Assembly (NCBI RefSeq): GCF_000143415.4
Contig: NW_003314296.1
Coordinates: forward strand, 508,605-532,597
DNA length: 23,993 nt
Source: Selaginella moellendorffii
Taxonomy: Eukaryota > Plantae > Lycopodiophyta
Reading direction: 5' to 3'
In this document: positions 11,120-21,924 of the stretch, in pieces
How the letters are laid out: every line of letters begins with the position of its first letter
Position numbering within the stretch: the first letter of the stretch is position 1
Translations under genes and position numbers: made by a program
The notes under the pieces: model-generated
Databases searched by the model: none
What the model saw: only the letters and a program-made list of their open reading frames with translations
Told to the model about the DNA's origin: nothing

Positions 11120-14100
11120 GGAATGATTTTTTAGAGAATATCATAAGAATCCTAATATTCTAGAATATATCTATAGGAATATACCTAATACATACCTATT
11201 AAGAACTTTCTTGTATTAAATGTGGGCAGGCCACTTTCACAGATGTGTTGTCACTTCAACTTTACTCTAAAATCTCCTCGACTATGAAATGAAGCAATAA
11301 AACTTGAAAAGAGCTTGTGGGATAGATAAAAATGTGGAAGGAGATCAATATGAGGGGGATGGTACTACTTTAATGGAGGAGCTCTTTGTAGCTAATCAAG
11401 AAGAAAATCAAACATTATAGGTTAAAAAAAATCTAATAGAAAGTATAGGAGGGATTGGAAAAATATTCACCCTTGGATGATTTTTGGAAGCAGTGGAGAT
11501 CATGCATTAAGTGTAACTAAAGATTTCTTATGTATCCCAAGAGAAAATTCTTTTATGGACCTAGAGTTAATAGTTGCAAAGGCATTCTTGCCTTGGCAAC
11601 CACACAAAATCTCATATAGTTAGTAAAGATGCATGCAACAAAATAATAGACTTGAAATCAAGAGATGGTGGTGCCATTTATGATATAAGAAAAGGAATTG
11701 AGAATAGAGCAAAAACAGAATGAAAAAGTGGCTAATATGATAAAAATGGTTTATTTTTTACTCTCAAAATAATCTACTCCTTAAATCAAAGAGTTTCTCA
11801 AGTTTAAGAAGACTCTATAAATTCTAGAAGCTAGAAGATATCATTTTTATAACAATGTAGTGGGTGGTAGGAATTTCTTACTAGCAACAAAGATTGGTTG
11901 TTGTATTGGTTTTGTTTGGTCTCATTAGCTATTTATAGAAAGTGTTTAGATTTGCTATTTTGGCATATCTATGGAATCTAAAACTTGTTTTGAACACAAT
12001 GATGTTGCTCTTATGTCCAAATTTACAATCTAATACCATTTTATATTTAATAAATTTTAATGATTATCCCAGAGACTAACTTTTGGGATTGAGGAAACAC
12101 TCTTAAAATATGTATTCCTCAGGTTCCAAATATATAGTAGGGATAGTGGGTAGGTTAGGTATAGCCAATTAACTTGAAACATAGTTTAACTCATGCTTGC
12201 ATGTCTATCTTTATTATGCATTTGACATGGGTCTAAACCTAAGTTTTATACTATGCTAGCTGGTGGTGGACCCATATCCTTATGTTATACCATATTAAAA
12301 TAGCATTAGACTTTATTTAACTCTGTTTTGTATGTTGATTCTAGCATTAGGATACTAAATGCTCTAGGACTATTCCAAATTGCTTTATGCCCCTTTCCTT
12401 TGCTCCTTAAACTATATGCTTAAGAGTTGTTTCATGCTCTACTTCTTTTGCTTTTAAGCTCTATGTTCGGGAATTTAGCTCCATCCCTTCATTTAATAAT
12501 CCAAGGCTTTGAAATTTAAATTTTGCTTCACTGCCCTTGGACACATGGCATGTGGCATGTTGCACATGGAAGGTTAAGGTTCCACTCTATGGTTATTCTA
12601 TGATAAACCACTATAAAGTAAAGGGTGAAAACCATATGTGACCTCTCGAAAACTCTAAAATAAAAAACTTATAAATAACTAACATAATGGGATTAAAATG
12701 ACTCTATACTTTACTATATTTATGAATCATATCCTAGGACAAGTCCTTGGTGGGATCTAAGTTGGAAAGATTTATTTATAAAGTTAGATAAAATCCTTTA
12801 GATTTACAAAAGGAATTTGCAAATAGTTTAGGCTCAAGTTGAGAAGTTTGCCAACAAGAGGAGGAGGTTTCAAGTATGTGCATGTGAAAGATGCAATACC
12901 ATTGTGCATTTGTAAGATGGTAGAAATGACAAGTTGTCCCCATAGTAATTTGGTCATTATCCAATTCTGGAATAAGTCAGTACAATAACATAATATCAAT
13001 TAAAATTAGCAAGTTGAAAGGTATGCTCACAAGGAATAAATCCCAAGTAAATTCTCTGTAGATATTTCAAGAGGCTAAAGATGATATGCTAGAGGATTTA
13101 GCCAGTTCTAGAAAGTGTAATCAATCACCAATGTGCTATCCTTGCACCTCATTAATCATTTAAGGATTCTAGCATAGCTAAATATGTGATTAGCATGTTG
13201 ATTAGCCCTAATTTAATCAAAATTAAAGTGGAGCAGAGTCACGCTTAGCCTTGGCTATCTTCCTCTGAATTTGGAATGTTCACATTCTCAAATGTTGTCA
13301 AATACTCGTTATGGTCGCTCCAACTAGGATTGCCCTTGTTGATGCTGATGTGGGCACTCCAATAACAGGGTTAATGACTGGTACTAATAATTCTTCATGC
13401 TAGTGCTCTTCTCACTAAGAGAAATTGGCTCTGAATTTCCTGCTTTCCAGACAAAGATCCTTGCCTCTTCTAACGTCTAGCTGTTTTATCTTGGTTTTGT
13501 GTTTTCCTCCTCTTTACTTGCTCCAATTTTTCTACAGCTTTTTCCAAAGCCTCTCTTTCTCTTGCACACATAAATCAGGAGAAGATTCTTGGCTTCTCTT
13601 GCTCAGCGCTCACTCTTAGCCCACGAATGTAATCTTCCAGCACAAGATGTGAGGCCACTCACACACCCTCCAAGCAAGATCAAGTTGACTGCAAGTTAAC
13701 CCCAAGAATGACTCCAAAAGAAAGCATTGTGAGCTAAAAACACAATTGAAAATCCAAGGTTCTTCCATTGCTTATTTATATCACACTCCATTACTCTCAC
13801 ACCCATGCCTTCTTTCTCTCCTTGCTTCTCCTTCTATCCTCCCACTTCTTCCATGGTTATCTTCCCATGTGTTTCCTCTCTTTTTAGTCTTTTATTACAC
13901 CTCTTAATGCTCTCTCCAACCCAAGATCATTCTTCCAAATACAAGAACACTCAATGCACTAGCTAGCTCTCTGTTTTTTTCCACACTCTCTTGTTCTTTC
14001 CCTTGCTTTCCTTGCATTGGTTCCTCAATGAATCATATTGTCCTTCTAACTCAAGCTATATTATTTTTCTCTAGGATTTCTAGGATTTTTCTTATTGAAA

Positions 14101-15029
14101 ATCCTTCATTCCTTCACCTTTTCTACTCCAAATCAAGGTGAAAACACTTACCTTTGCCTCCAAGTGCATATTGAAAGTGCATACTGTGGGAAGCTGACAG
14201 TAGTCACATACAAGTTCCTCACTGATTATTAATGTTTATGTTAATATTTATGATAATAAGATGGTCCTAACTGAGGATAGGTTTGTTTATATGCCCAACT
14301 AGGAAGTATAGGAACTAATGAAACTTTGTTATTTTACAGTCCTTAATAGACATTAGCAACATTGACAATTGCAAGGAACAACAAGGGTAGCACATGAATG
14401 AAAGAAACTTGAGAAAAAGCCATGGCATAAAAGTTATCTTTCAGTTTATAGAAAATTAGATTCTGGGAATTTTGATTCTTATTATTGAATACAGCTGAGA
14501 AATCCTTGTCGAAGACTTCACTGAAGGGGACTTCCAAACAATACAGAGAAATAATTTACTTCATATTAAAAAAAACAAGATTTGTCTTCCCACAGTGAGT
14601 CAAATGCATGTATTTTCTTAGCTCTATGTGTCCCTTACGTCTCTTGTCTTCAAGAGCTCACTAGAATTTCTCATACCAAGATTCTGGAGTCAATTACCAA
14701 GTTCTCTTTGTCCGTGCCAGTTGATTACTTTGAACAGGAGAACCTGTGTCAACTAGGAGTCAACTTACAATGTCCTCTGAAAACACGCTCACTGGACTAT
14801 TTCCCTGATGGAGCCCTTGTGGAGGTGTGGTCAACACCAGTTCTGATCGTGGATGGATTGTTGCCTTTACACCATGGCAGCAACCCATGCATCAACCTCC
14901 TCATGCTGGAGCAGCAATGCACAGTATAGAAACTAAAAAAAGTGTTTTTGATACACACGTGGTTAGATTAAAGAGTGTTATCCAAATGCCAGACAAGTAG
15001 ACTACTGTGCATGGTGAGCTCACCTTCTC

Positions 15030-16364
15030 CTAGCAAGGTTGGTATTTTGTTGTAAAGAGGACATCTAGATGAAAATAACTCATCGTTGACCTTTTGTCCA
15101 ACACCAACACTCTGAGCACCTTCTTGGTCCCCAAATCAGCTCCTACTAATAGATCAGGGTAGGCAAAATTTCGAAGCCGCTCAGTCGGGCTTGTCATCGA
15201 AGTACGTAACATGCAACCGCTCCCCCCGACTTTGTAGCGCTTGGCGGCAGCCAAGAACACTCTCTCCGGCATGGCAGCCACGAGAGCAAGGTCTGGATCG
15301 CGCGGTCGGCCAAGCCCCAAACCAGCAGCGGCGAGGCCCGGCCCTTGCTCCAAAACTCTCAGCACCAAGTCGTGGCGTAGCCTAGTCGCCAAGCCATCTC
15401 ATGTCCAAGCCAGAGGTCTCGAAATGGACGACGAGATGAGGACTGGTTTGGAGGCGATGGTCCAATCCATCGAGAGAATCAAGTCCGAGGTGATTCACCG
15501 CGAGAGCCAGGGTGATCGCTTGCTCGAAAGCTGGCCGCGGGTTGAGAAGTGAATGCTTCGCGGCGCTTGGCGCTGGCGACGAGCTCGGACGAGAGGAGCG
15601 GCGAGTTTCCTGTGAGATACTTCGCGTCGGCCACCACTCCATGCTTTGCCAGGAACGCTGCAGCCTCCACGTCCGAGAGTCTCTGCGTCGCCGAGACTCT
15701 GTGGAGATGGCGGTGATGGATTTCTTCGAGCTCGCAAAGACGAGGATTCGCCTTCGACGTGTGGAAGTCCGTTCTTAAACTCCACAGAGCGCTCGAGCTC
15801 GTCCCAGCCATCGGAGATGCAGTACCAGTGATTGTCCGACTCGCGGAGCTCCGTGATCAAGTAGTGGAGCTCGTCGAGCGTCTTCTGGAAGGCGATCTTG
15901 CGCTGGATGGCAGCATCGTCCCAGAAGGCAAGCCACAGCGCCGAGCGAAACATCGATTGAGGGGAAGGGACGGCCGGGAGATAGACAAGCCTTCGTCGCT
16001 CCACTCCATGCCTGCGATCCATCCCGAAGTCTCGCAAGCATCGCAATGCCAGCATCACCGCCCCACTACCAACAGCACCATCGAGCTCGAGCGTTCTTGC
16101 CTTTGGCAGCGCCAAGAACTCCTCCAGCAAATCCCGAAAGCATGCCCTTCCTAGCAGCCAGCTTTGAACGTCTAGACGATCGCTGCTGGGCTCCATCAAA
16201 CTCGGCCACGGTATCTCATAGGCGACGCCCTCAGAAATCGCCAAGATCATGGATCTTTCCCGATCGTCCCACTTCTAGAGGCCAGGTCGAGGAAGAAATC
16301 GTGCTGGAGCAGGCTCGATACGAGCTGTGAGTTGTCGGCATTCAGCCAGGAGTTTCTGCTGCAT
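15030..16364 (-). pseudogene. Crinkler-type (CR) P-loop NTPase + restriction-endonuclease-like gene, disrupted
   Basis: Ordered motifs: IPWP..P..DRL..WLLGR.CFRDL; degenerate Walker A LELDGAVGSGAV; RRLVYLP; FRSALWLAFWDD..I..LDEL; Walker B-like WYCISDGWDEL. After a frameshift near 15780: TSKAN..LSDVEA..LTGNSPLL (GxP motif). Further shifts lead to LDMRWL, ERVFLAAA and NFAYPDLLV..VLVLD. In-frame TAG at 16275-16277 upstream of the 251-aa ORF. Confidence 0.65.
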
Positions 16365-16528
16365 CGTATTATAGTGTGCATTTCTTCCACCTTCCAGAGC
16401 TCCAAGAACCCTAAAACAGGGGGCCATCTGTTGGATTAACGTTAATTTAAATTCTAGGGCTTAGGGTTTATATTGGGGAAATGAAGCAATGCGGCATTCT
16501 TGCCCAAATCGATTGAAAGTGCAAGCTC
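16365..16528. promoter_or_regulatory. Compact bidirectional promoter with two opposed telo-box-like motifs
   Basis: AACCCTAA at 16407-16414 and TTAGGGTTT at 16461-16469, between divergent ATGs at 16364 (-) and 16529 (+). Confidence 0.55.
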
Positions 16529-18942
16529 ATGGCTAGTTTCTGCAAGATTGTCAAGCGATTCTATCGTGCCAACAAGCCGATCAAGCCTAACACATCGTAA
16601 GTTTTTTGGTTTTCTCTTCCTCCGGATCTTTTCATTGAGACTTCGCAAAAAACCTTTTTTTTTTTCAGGTGGCCTGGTTACAGAAATGTTCTTGATATCA
16701 CGAATCCGGCTACTCTGAAGAAAGTAGGAGAGTTGCAAGAGGACACCATTCCTGATGTACACATTGGTTTTGTTTTTCTTCTTCTTCATCTGATCTTAGT
16801 TCTCCATTTTGTGTGGTTTTTTTAGATCGAAAGAAAGCTCGAGTATCTACACACGGGGCTCAAGCGCTGGAAGCTTACACACGTTGATCAACGAAAGGTC
16901 TGGTTATTTTTTTTCCTTCTTTGCACACACACGAGGAATTTTTCTTCTTGCAGGCGGCTCTGGAAAAGTTTGCTGATGCTTTGGTAACAAGAAAGGTAGA
17001 CTAGATTTATCTTCCTCGGTTTGCTTCGAGCAGTAACAATCTTCTTCTACCTGGTATGTCTAGACGACGCTAGCAAAAATCCTCACCTCCGAGACAGGAA
17101 AGCCGATATCTCAAGCAAGGAGCGAGATTGCTGCCACTGTGGATCGGATTCACTACTTCGTCGAAAACTGTGAAAAGGTAAAAGCGTCATTCATTCGAAG
17201 TTGTCATCTTGGACGTTGTCCTAGGTGATTGGAACGCAAACGGTTCTGGAAAGCTCCAGATTGAAGGAGAAAGTACAGTATGAGCCGCTCGGTGTGGTAA
17301 GCTTTTTTTTTCCATAGCACTGTAAAGAAGAAATCCTGGTCTCACTCTTTCCAGATCGCAAACATATCAGCATGGAATTATCCTTACTTCCTCTCTGCGA
17401 ACGTTTTCGCCCCGGCACTTCTCACTGGGAATTGCGTGCTTTACAAGCCCAGCGAGAATGCGAGCCTCACAGGCCAGGAGATCACAGACATGCTACACAA
17501 TGTATATAGAAGATTTTTCTTCTTTTTTCTCTGCAGTTTTTGCTCTAACTTGTGTGGACGCAGGCTGGGATTCCAGAGGACGTGTTTGTCATCTCTAGCG
17601 GAGGAGCCGACACAGGCTCCAGGATTGCTGGAAATAAAGACATTGGTGGATTGTTTTTCACGGGGTCCTACGATACTGGCTTGGAGATTGCGAAGAAAGC
17701 CTCTCCAAACCTTGTCAAGGCAAGTACAATAACTTAGATATCATACCTTATGGGTTTTTCTTCTTCTCTTTTTCTTTCTTTGATTTTACAGCTTCAGTTA
17801 GAGCTTGGTGGTAAAGACGCTGCTTATATACGTCACGATGTCCCCAATATCCTAGCTACGGCAACAACAGTCGCGGATGGAGCTTTCTATAACTCCGGAC
17901 AAGTAACCTTTCTAGTTGTTTAATCTTCATTTCATGCTTTGTGTACTAGAGTTGCTGCTCTATACGAAGAATATATGTCAACAAGCGGGTCTATGTTCCT
18001 TTCATGGAAGCTTTGAAGAAGATATCTCATTCGTACAGGGTAATATATGAATCACACCAATTTCTGTTTGTGGATGATACTCTTTTTGAACAACAGATTG
18101 GAGATCCTACTTTGGAGGACACTTATATTGGACCTCTTTGCACCAAAAAGCAAGTAGAAAAAATCGGAAAACTGGTATTTATTAGAGCTTTTCGAGATTT
18201 TTCTTACTTCTTTTGTGTTCTTTTCATTCCTGTCTCGGCCCTCTTTGGAGCTTGCTGAGGCAATTAATCGGGGTGCTCAGGTAGACGTCGGTGGCGACAC
18301 CACAAACAGTACTGCTCACAAAGTCGGCTACTTCGTTCCTCCGACGGTAAAATTTTAAGTTTCTTCTATCTTCTGAACGAGGGAAAACCAAGGATGGCTT
18401 TCTTGCAGATTCTAACAGATGTTGATCACCAAATGTCGATTATGCGGAAGGAAACGTTTGGTCCTGTCGTGGGTGTGATGGTAACATTTTGATTTGTTTT
18501 TCCACTGGGGTCTTGAAGTGGAGAAACTCTCGCAGTGCGTGGAAGACGATGACGAAGCCACCACTTTGATGAGCGACACAGAGTACGGTCTTACTGCCAG
18601 TGTCTTTAGCAAGCATCTCGAAGACGCAGAGGCAATTCTAAATGGTTCGCTCGAATTCTTTCTTGTTCTAAGTGATGCAAACTCTTTGGATTTCTTCTGT
18701 TTGTCTTTTGTAGAGTTGAAGGTCGGCACCGGCTATTGGAACTGCTGTGATCGGGTCTCACCTCGCGTACCATGGTAACTTCCACTTTCTTTTCATTGTT
18801 CTTGATTGCTTTCACTCTGGAAATTCATCCCAGGTCTGGAAGAAAAAGGTCTGGTGTTGGCTCCACGCTGGGAATCGATGGATTGAGAGCTTTTGTTCAA
18901 CCCAAAGGCTTCTTTTGTCACGAGCCAATGGCTGCCATTTAA
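16529..18942 (+). CDS. ALDH23: Aldehyde dehydrogenase, probably plant family 23 (bacterial-like), 16 exons, putative mitochondrial targeting peptide
   Basis: Exons 16529-16596, 16669-16756, 16826-16897, 16954-16995, 17064-17177, 17225-17296, 17355-17501, 17564-17719, 17792-17902, 17950-18039, 18097-18174, 18251-18346, 18409-18480, 18536-18644, 18714-18774 and 18834-18942 splice to an open frame. Motifs: ETGKP, ISAWNYP, YKPSE, FTGS, LELGGKD (catalytic Glu), NSGQSCC (catalytic Cys), ETFGPV, YGLTASVF, WNCCDRVSP.VPWSGRK.SG.G. The ALDH call is firm; the family number is from recall and less certain. Confidence 0.93.
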
Positions 18943-18994
18943 AATTTATACTTAAAAGCATGAAATGTTATTTAAGTGTATAACGTATATTACT

Positions 18995-19375
18995 TCACCA
19001 TTTAGTTGTAGTGGATATTACTAATAACTCCCAATTTATATACAGTAAATTTTTGCTAACTAATATAATACATTCTTAAGTAATTAACTCTCTAATAATA
19101 TTCACAAGTTTTAATAAGTAAATAATTATCTAGAATAAATAATTATTTTTATTTTTGTAAGTTGTACTAATATGTATATAAAAAATTATTAAATTTCATA
19201 GATTCTTTAATTTATAGATCCATATGTCATTTTTAATAATACATTATGAGTGCATGGAATATAGAAAAGGAATAAATCCAAAAACCTTAGTTTATATATA
19301 AGAGCAAATGGCTTAGATTGAAACCAATTCAATAGTTATCAAAATCCCACTATGTTAATATTAATGTATGACCAT
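18995..19375 (-). pseudogene. Probable decayed 5' fragment (promoter + N-terminus) of a paralogue of the 8690-9580 gene
   Basis: The reverse complement shares ordered blocks atacattaat / aactatt(c/g)aatt / aatct / tatatataa with 8502-8580. ATG at 19199 is followed by frameshifted MK..IIFYIHISTTYKNKN and LLVISTTT, compared with YKKNK and LLSQISTT. Confidence 0.45.
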
Positions 19376-19569
19376 TAATATTAATATACAGCACATAGCC
19401 ATACACTTGGACCTCATCCCTCTCCTCTCGAAAGAATAGAAGGTAGTTAGGGTTCTCTAGTTGATAGGTTGGGATCTTGAGGAACATCATAAAAAGGCAT
19501 CGTTGGATCTATATGTGGTATTAGTTATTCTTAATCCTTTTATATAAAGCATTTCAACTATTGCATATG

Positions 19570-19800
19570 CACAATTTCTAGGGAATTGACATGTTGAACA
19601 TCATATTGAACCTCATAAATTTACAATCGAACTTGCTACAACACCCAATACGGTCCCTCTTCCATTGAGCAAGGAACCCTTTAGACAAATCACATGGGAA
19701 AATAAATTAAAAGCAAGTCATCCACTTTATACTTTGTTGAGAGTTATAGCATTGTTGTTGTCCCACTTGTAAATGGTTTACATATTCAGTAGACTCAATT
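19570..19800 (-). mobile_element. Small gypsy integrase C-terminal (GPY/F) remnant
   Basis: Degenerate YKVDDL...QW.GPYWVL..YEV...HVNSL on the minus strand. Confidence 0.4.
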
Positions 19801-19996
19801 GGACAAATGGAAGAATACTCGTCAATACTAATCCTAAGACCTAGCATCACTAACTCATGGTAATCGCAAAGGTAAACTCAACTCTATTGGTAGTATTAGA
19901 TCATGACCATAAAGGAGTTTATATGGTGAAGCACTAACAAAACTCTGTACCCTTATGACATATGTATACCAAAAAAATGGCAAATAACCATCATAA

Positions 19997-21024
19997 TATA
20001 AGCTATAAATTTTTCCTTTCCAATTTGCTAACTTACCTCATCTATCCAACTACTATGGCTTTGGCCTTAGTTAAGTTCCCTCACTAAGATTCCCACGTAT
20101 TGTACCAACTTCTACTTGGTCTTATTTGTTCATTGCACAAGTAATGGAGTGTTAGCCATCCATCCACAAATTCCTAAATTATCTCCCAATCCCCTTCCCT
20201 GGGTTAAATTGGACTTAAGGTTCGGCTACACTCCTTACAGACACAAGCAGCCAAGCACACCAAACCTCTAGATTCCCAACATCATTTGGTACAACAAAAC
20301 TTGATCATGAGGCCCTCTAAATCCCAAGCCTTGGGTGTAACACTTGCTTTGGGACACCAGGGGGAAACACCATGGCCTAACAGCCCGGTATAAATACCCC
20401 TACTCCCCCACTTACATCCCGAATGAAAGGCTTAAGCCCCTAGGAAGGGTGAGGACTAATGAGTCACAAGGTACTCAAGTGGGGCACCACTCCATATGAG
20501 CCAGGAGCATTGCAATTAATTTCCTTTTCAGAAGTGGGAGTTGCTCTTGAGCACTTTCTTGGTTGGCCCTTCTGGCACCACTCGAGTCCAATCGTAGGAT
20601 TAAAAAGAGACATTCAATGTGGGTATTGAACTTCTTTTATGGGTGGTGGAGTTGTAAGGAACCAACTCCCCAAGGTGTTATAGGCTAAAAGATCCCCAAA
20701 AACACAATTAAAATGATAAAGAGTTCATTAGATGAGACTAAGTCCGAGATCGAGTTCGAGACAGACTTTGACACCGAGTTCAAGACCAAGTCCGAGATCA
20801 ACTCTGAGATCAACTCCGAGACCGAGTTCGAGACCGAGTCCGAGATCCGAAATCGGGTCCCAGATCGAGTCCGAGATCAAGTCCGAGACAAAGTCTGGGG
20901 TCGGGTCCAAGATTGAGTTCAAGATTGAGTCCAAGACTGAATCCGATGTCAAGTCCGAGATCGAGTTTGAGAATGAGTTTGAGACTGAGACTAGGGCTAA
21001 GGGGCCTTGGGTGGGAGTGAACAT
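19997..21024 (+). mobile_element. LTR-like repeat, copy 2, with its 3' part (about 20591-21024) inverted
   Basis: 19997-20590 matches the reverse complement of copy 1, with TATAAAT at 20389. The expected continuation (1081-1124) appears in the opposite orientation at 20980-21024. Confidence 0.65.
20733..20992. repeat. Degenerate 12-bp tandem repeat (GAGATCGAGTCC/GAGACCGAGTTC)
   Basis: Directly visible; explains the repetitive ORFs in this interval. Confidence 0.92.
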
Positions 21025-21077
21025 TGTTGACCATGTCTCCAGGGGCATCCCCCCACTTAACGGTGTGCCTAAGTTAG

Positions 21078-21640
21078 TGTAGCGCACCTTATCTCTCTCC
21101 CCTTAAGCCAACTGGAAAAGGGGCAATTGTTTGATAAAAGAGCAATCATATCCCTATTTATCCCCCAAGGTTCCAAGGATCCACGGTGACAGTATATCCA
21201 AATCTCATCCTATGATCATATAGGCTACACTCAATCCTTCCATTGTGTAAACTAGCTATTCCATATGAGGCAACTAATCATCCACCTGTACCGCAGTCCC
21301 ACGGTGGATACTTTCGTCCGTGGATACTCCACACAAGAGGAAGGACGTATGCATGGATGTTCAATACGTACGATTTCAAATTTAGGGGTAGGAATATACC
21401 TTGCTCAAAGGTATATTATATTTTAGGTAGCCACTAATCAATAGGAATCGAACCTATGCCATTTGCTCCGATACCAACTATAGCGCACCTTATTTATCTC
21501 CCCTTAAGCCAACTGGAAAAGGGGCAATTGTTTGATGAGAGAGCCCTTAGTGGCTATTTTATCCCCATTTATCCCCTAAGGTTCCAAGGATCCATGGTGA
21601 CAGTATATCCAAATCTCATCCCATGATCACATGCGTTACA
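21078..21640 (-). mobile_element. Complete TRIM (terminal-repeat retrotransposon in miniature), 563 bp
   Basis: Direct LTRs 21078-21229 (TG..CA) and 21479-21640 (TA..CA). Perfect TSD GTTAG at 21073-21077 and 21641-21645. tRNA-iMet PBS TGGTATCGGAGC at 21476-21465 (-). Purine-rich GGAAGGATTGAG next to the other LTR. Non-coding 249-bp interior. Confidence 0.93.
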
Positions 21641-21924
21641 GTTAGCCTCCCCAATTAGGAGCCCATGACAATGGAATATAAGTGTCCCTATACCCCTCAC
21701 CTCACCATGCCCTCGTATGGGATTGGGACTTGAACACAACCTCCGTAGAATACGTTTACGGATTCAACATCCTCGCAGGGAGTTGGGCATAGCTCTTTAT
21801 GCCTAGTTAAACTACCTAACCCATGCTAATTAGCTTACCTTCAGCGTGCCTTTGGGTCCCAACATATAACATTGCTTAATTTCTCAAATAGATTCTTTAA
21901 TTGAATTTGGCATAAGTATATAGA

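Noticed and set aside
11300-14250. Likely old retroelement-derived DNA with short ORFs
   Set aside because: No domain, boundary or TSD that can be supported by eye.
14343-14929. ORFs 14582-14929 (+) and 14343-14537 (-), and a possible small exon HEEVDAWVAAM of the CR-like gene
   Set aside because: Non-ATG starts, no motifs and unclear splice structure.
15191-16330. Several plus-strand ORFs in the GC-rich block
   Set aside because: Best explained as antisense shadows. 15410-15552 looks protein-like on both strands, but minus-strand motif order is coherent.
16529-18942. Assignment as ALDH21 or ALDH5 (SSADH)
   Set aside because: Motifs ISAWNYP, GGKD and WNCCDR differ from the PFNFP/PWNFP and GGNA motifs recalled for those families.
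20713-21087. Four overlapping repetitive ORFs
   Set aside because: Produced by the 12-bp tandem repeat.
21078-21640. Cassandra (5S-containing) TRIM, tRNA gene, or coding ORF 21243-21437
   Set aside because: No 5S rRNA similarity in the LTRs, only a T-arm rather than a cloverleaf, and the ORF has a non-ATG start with no motifs.
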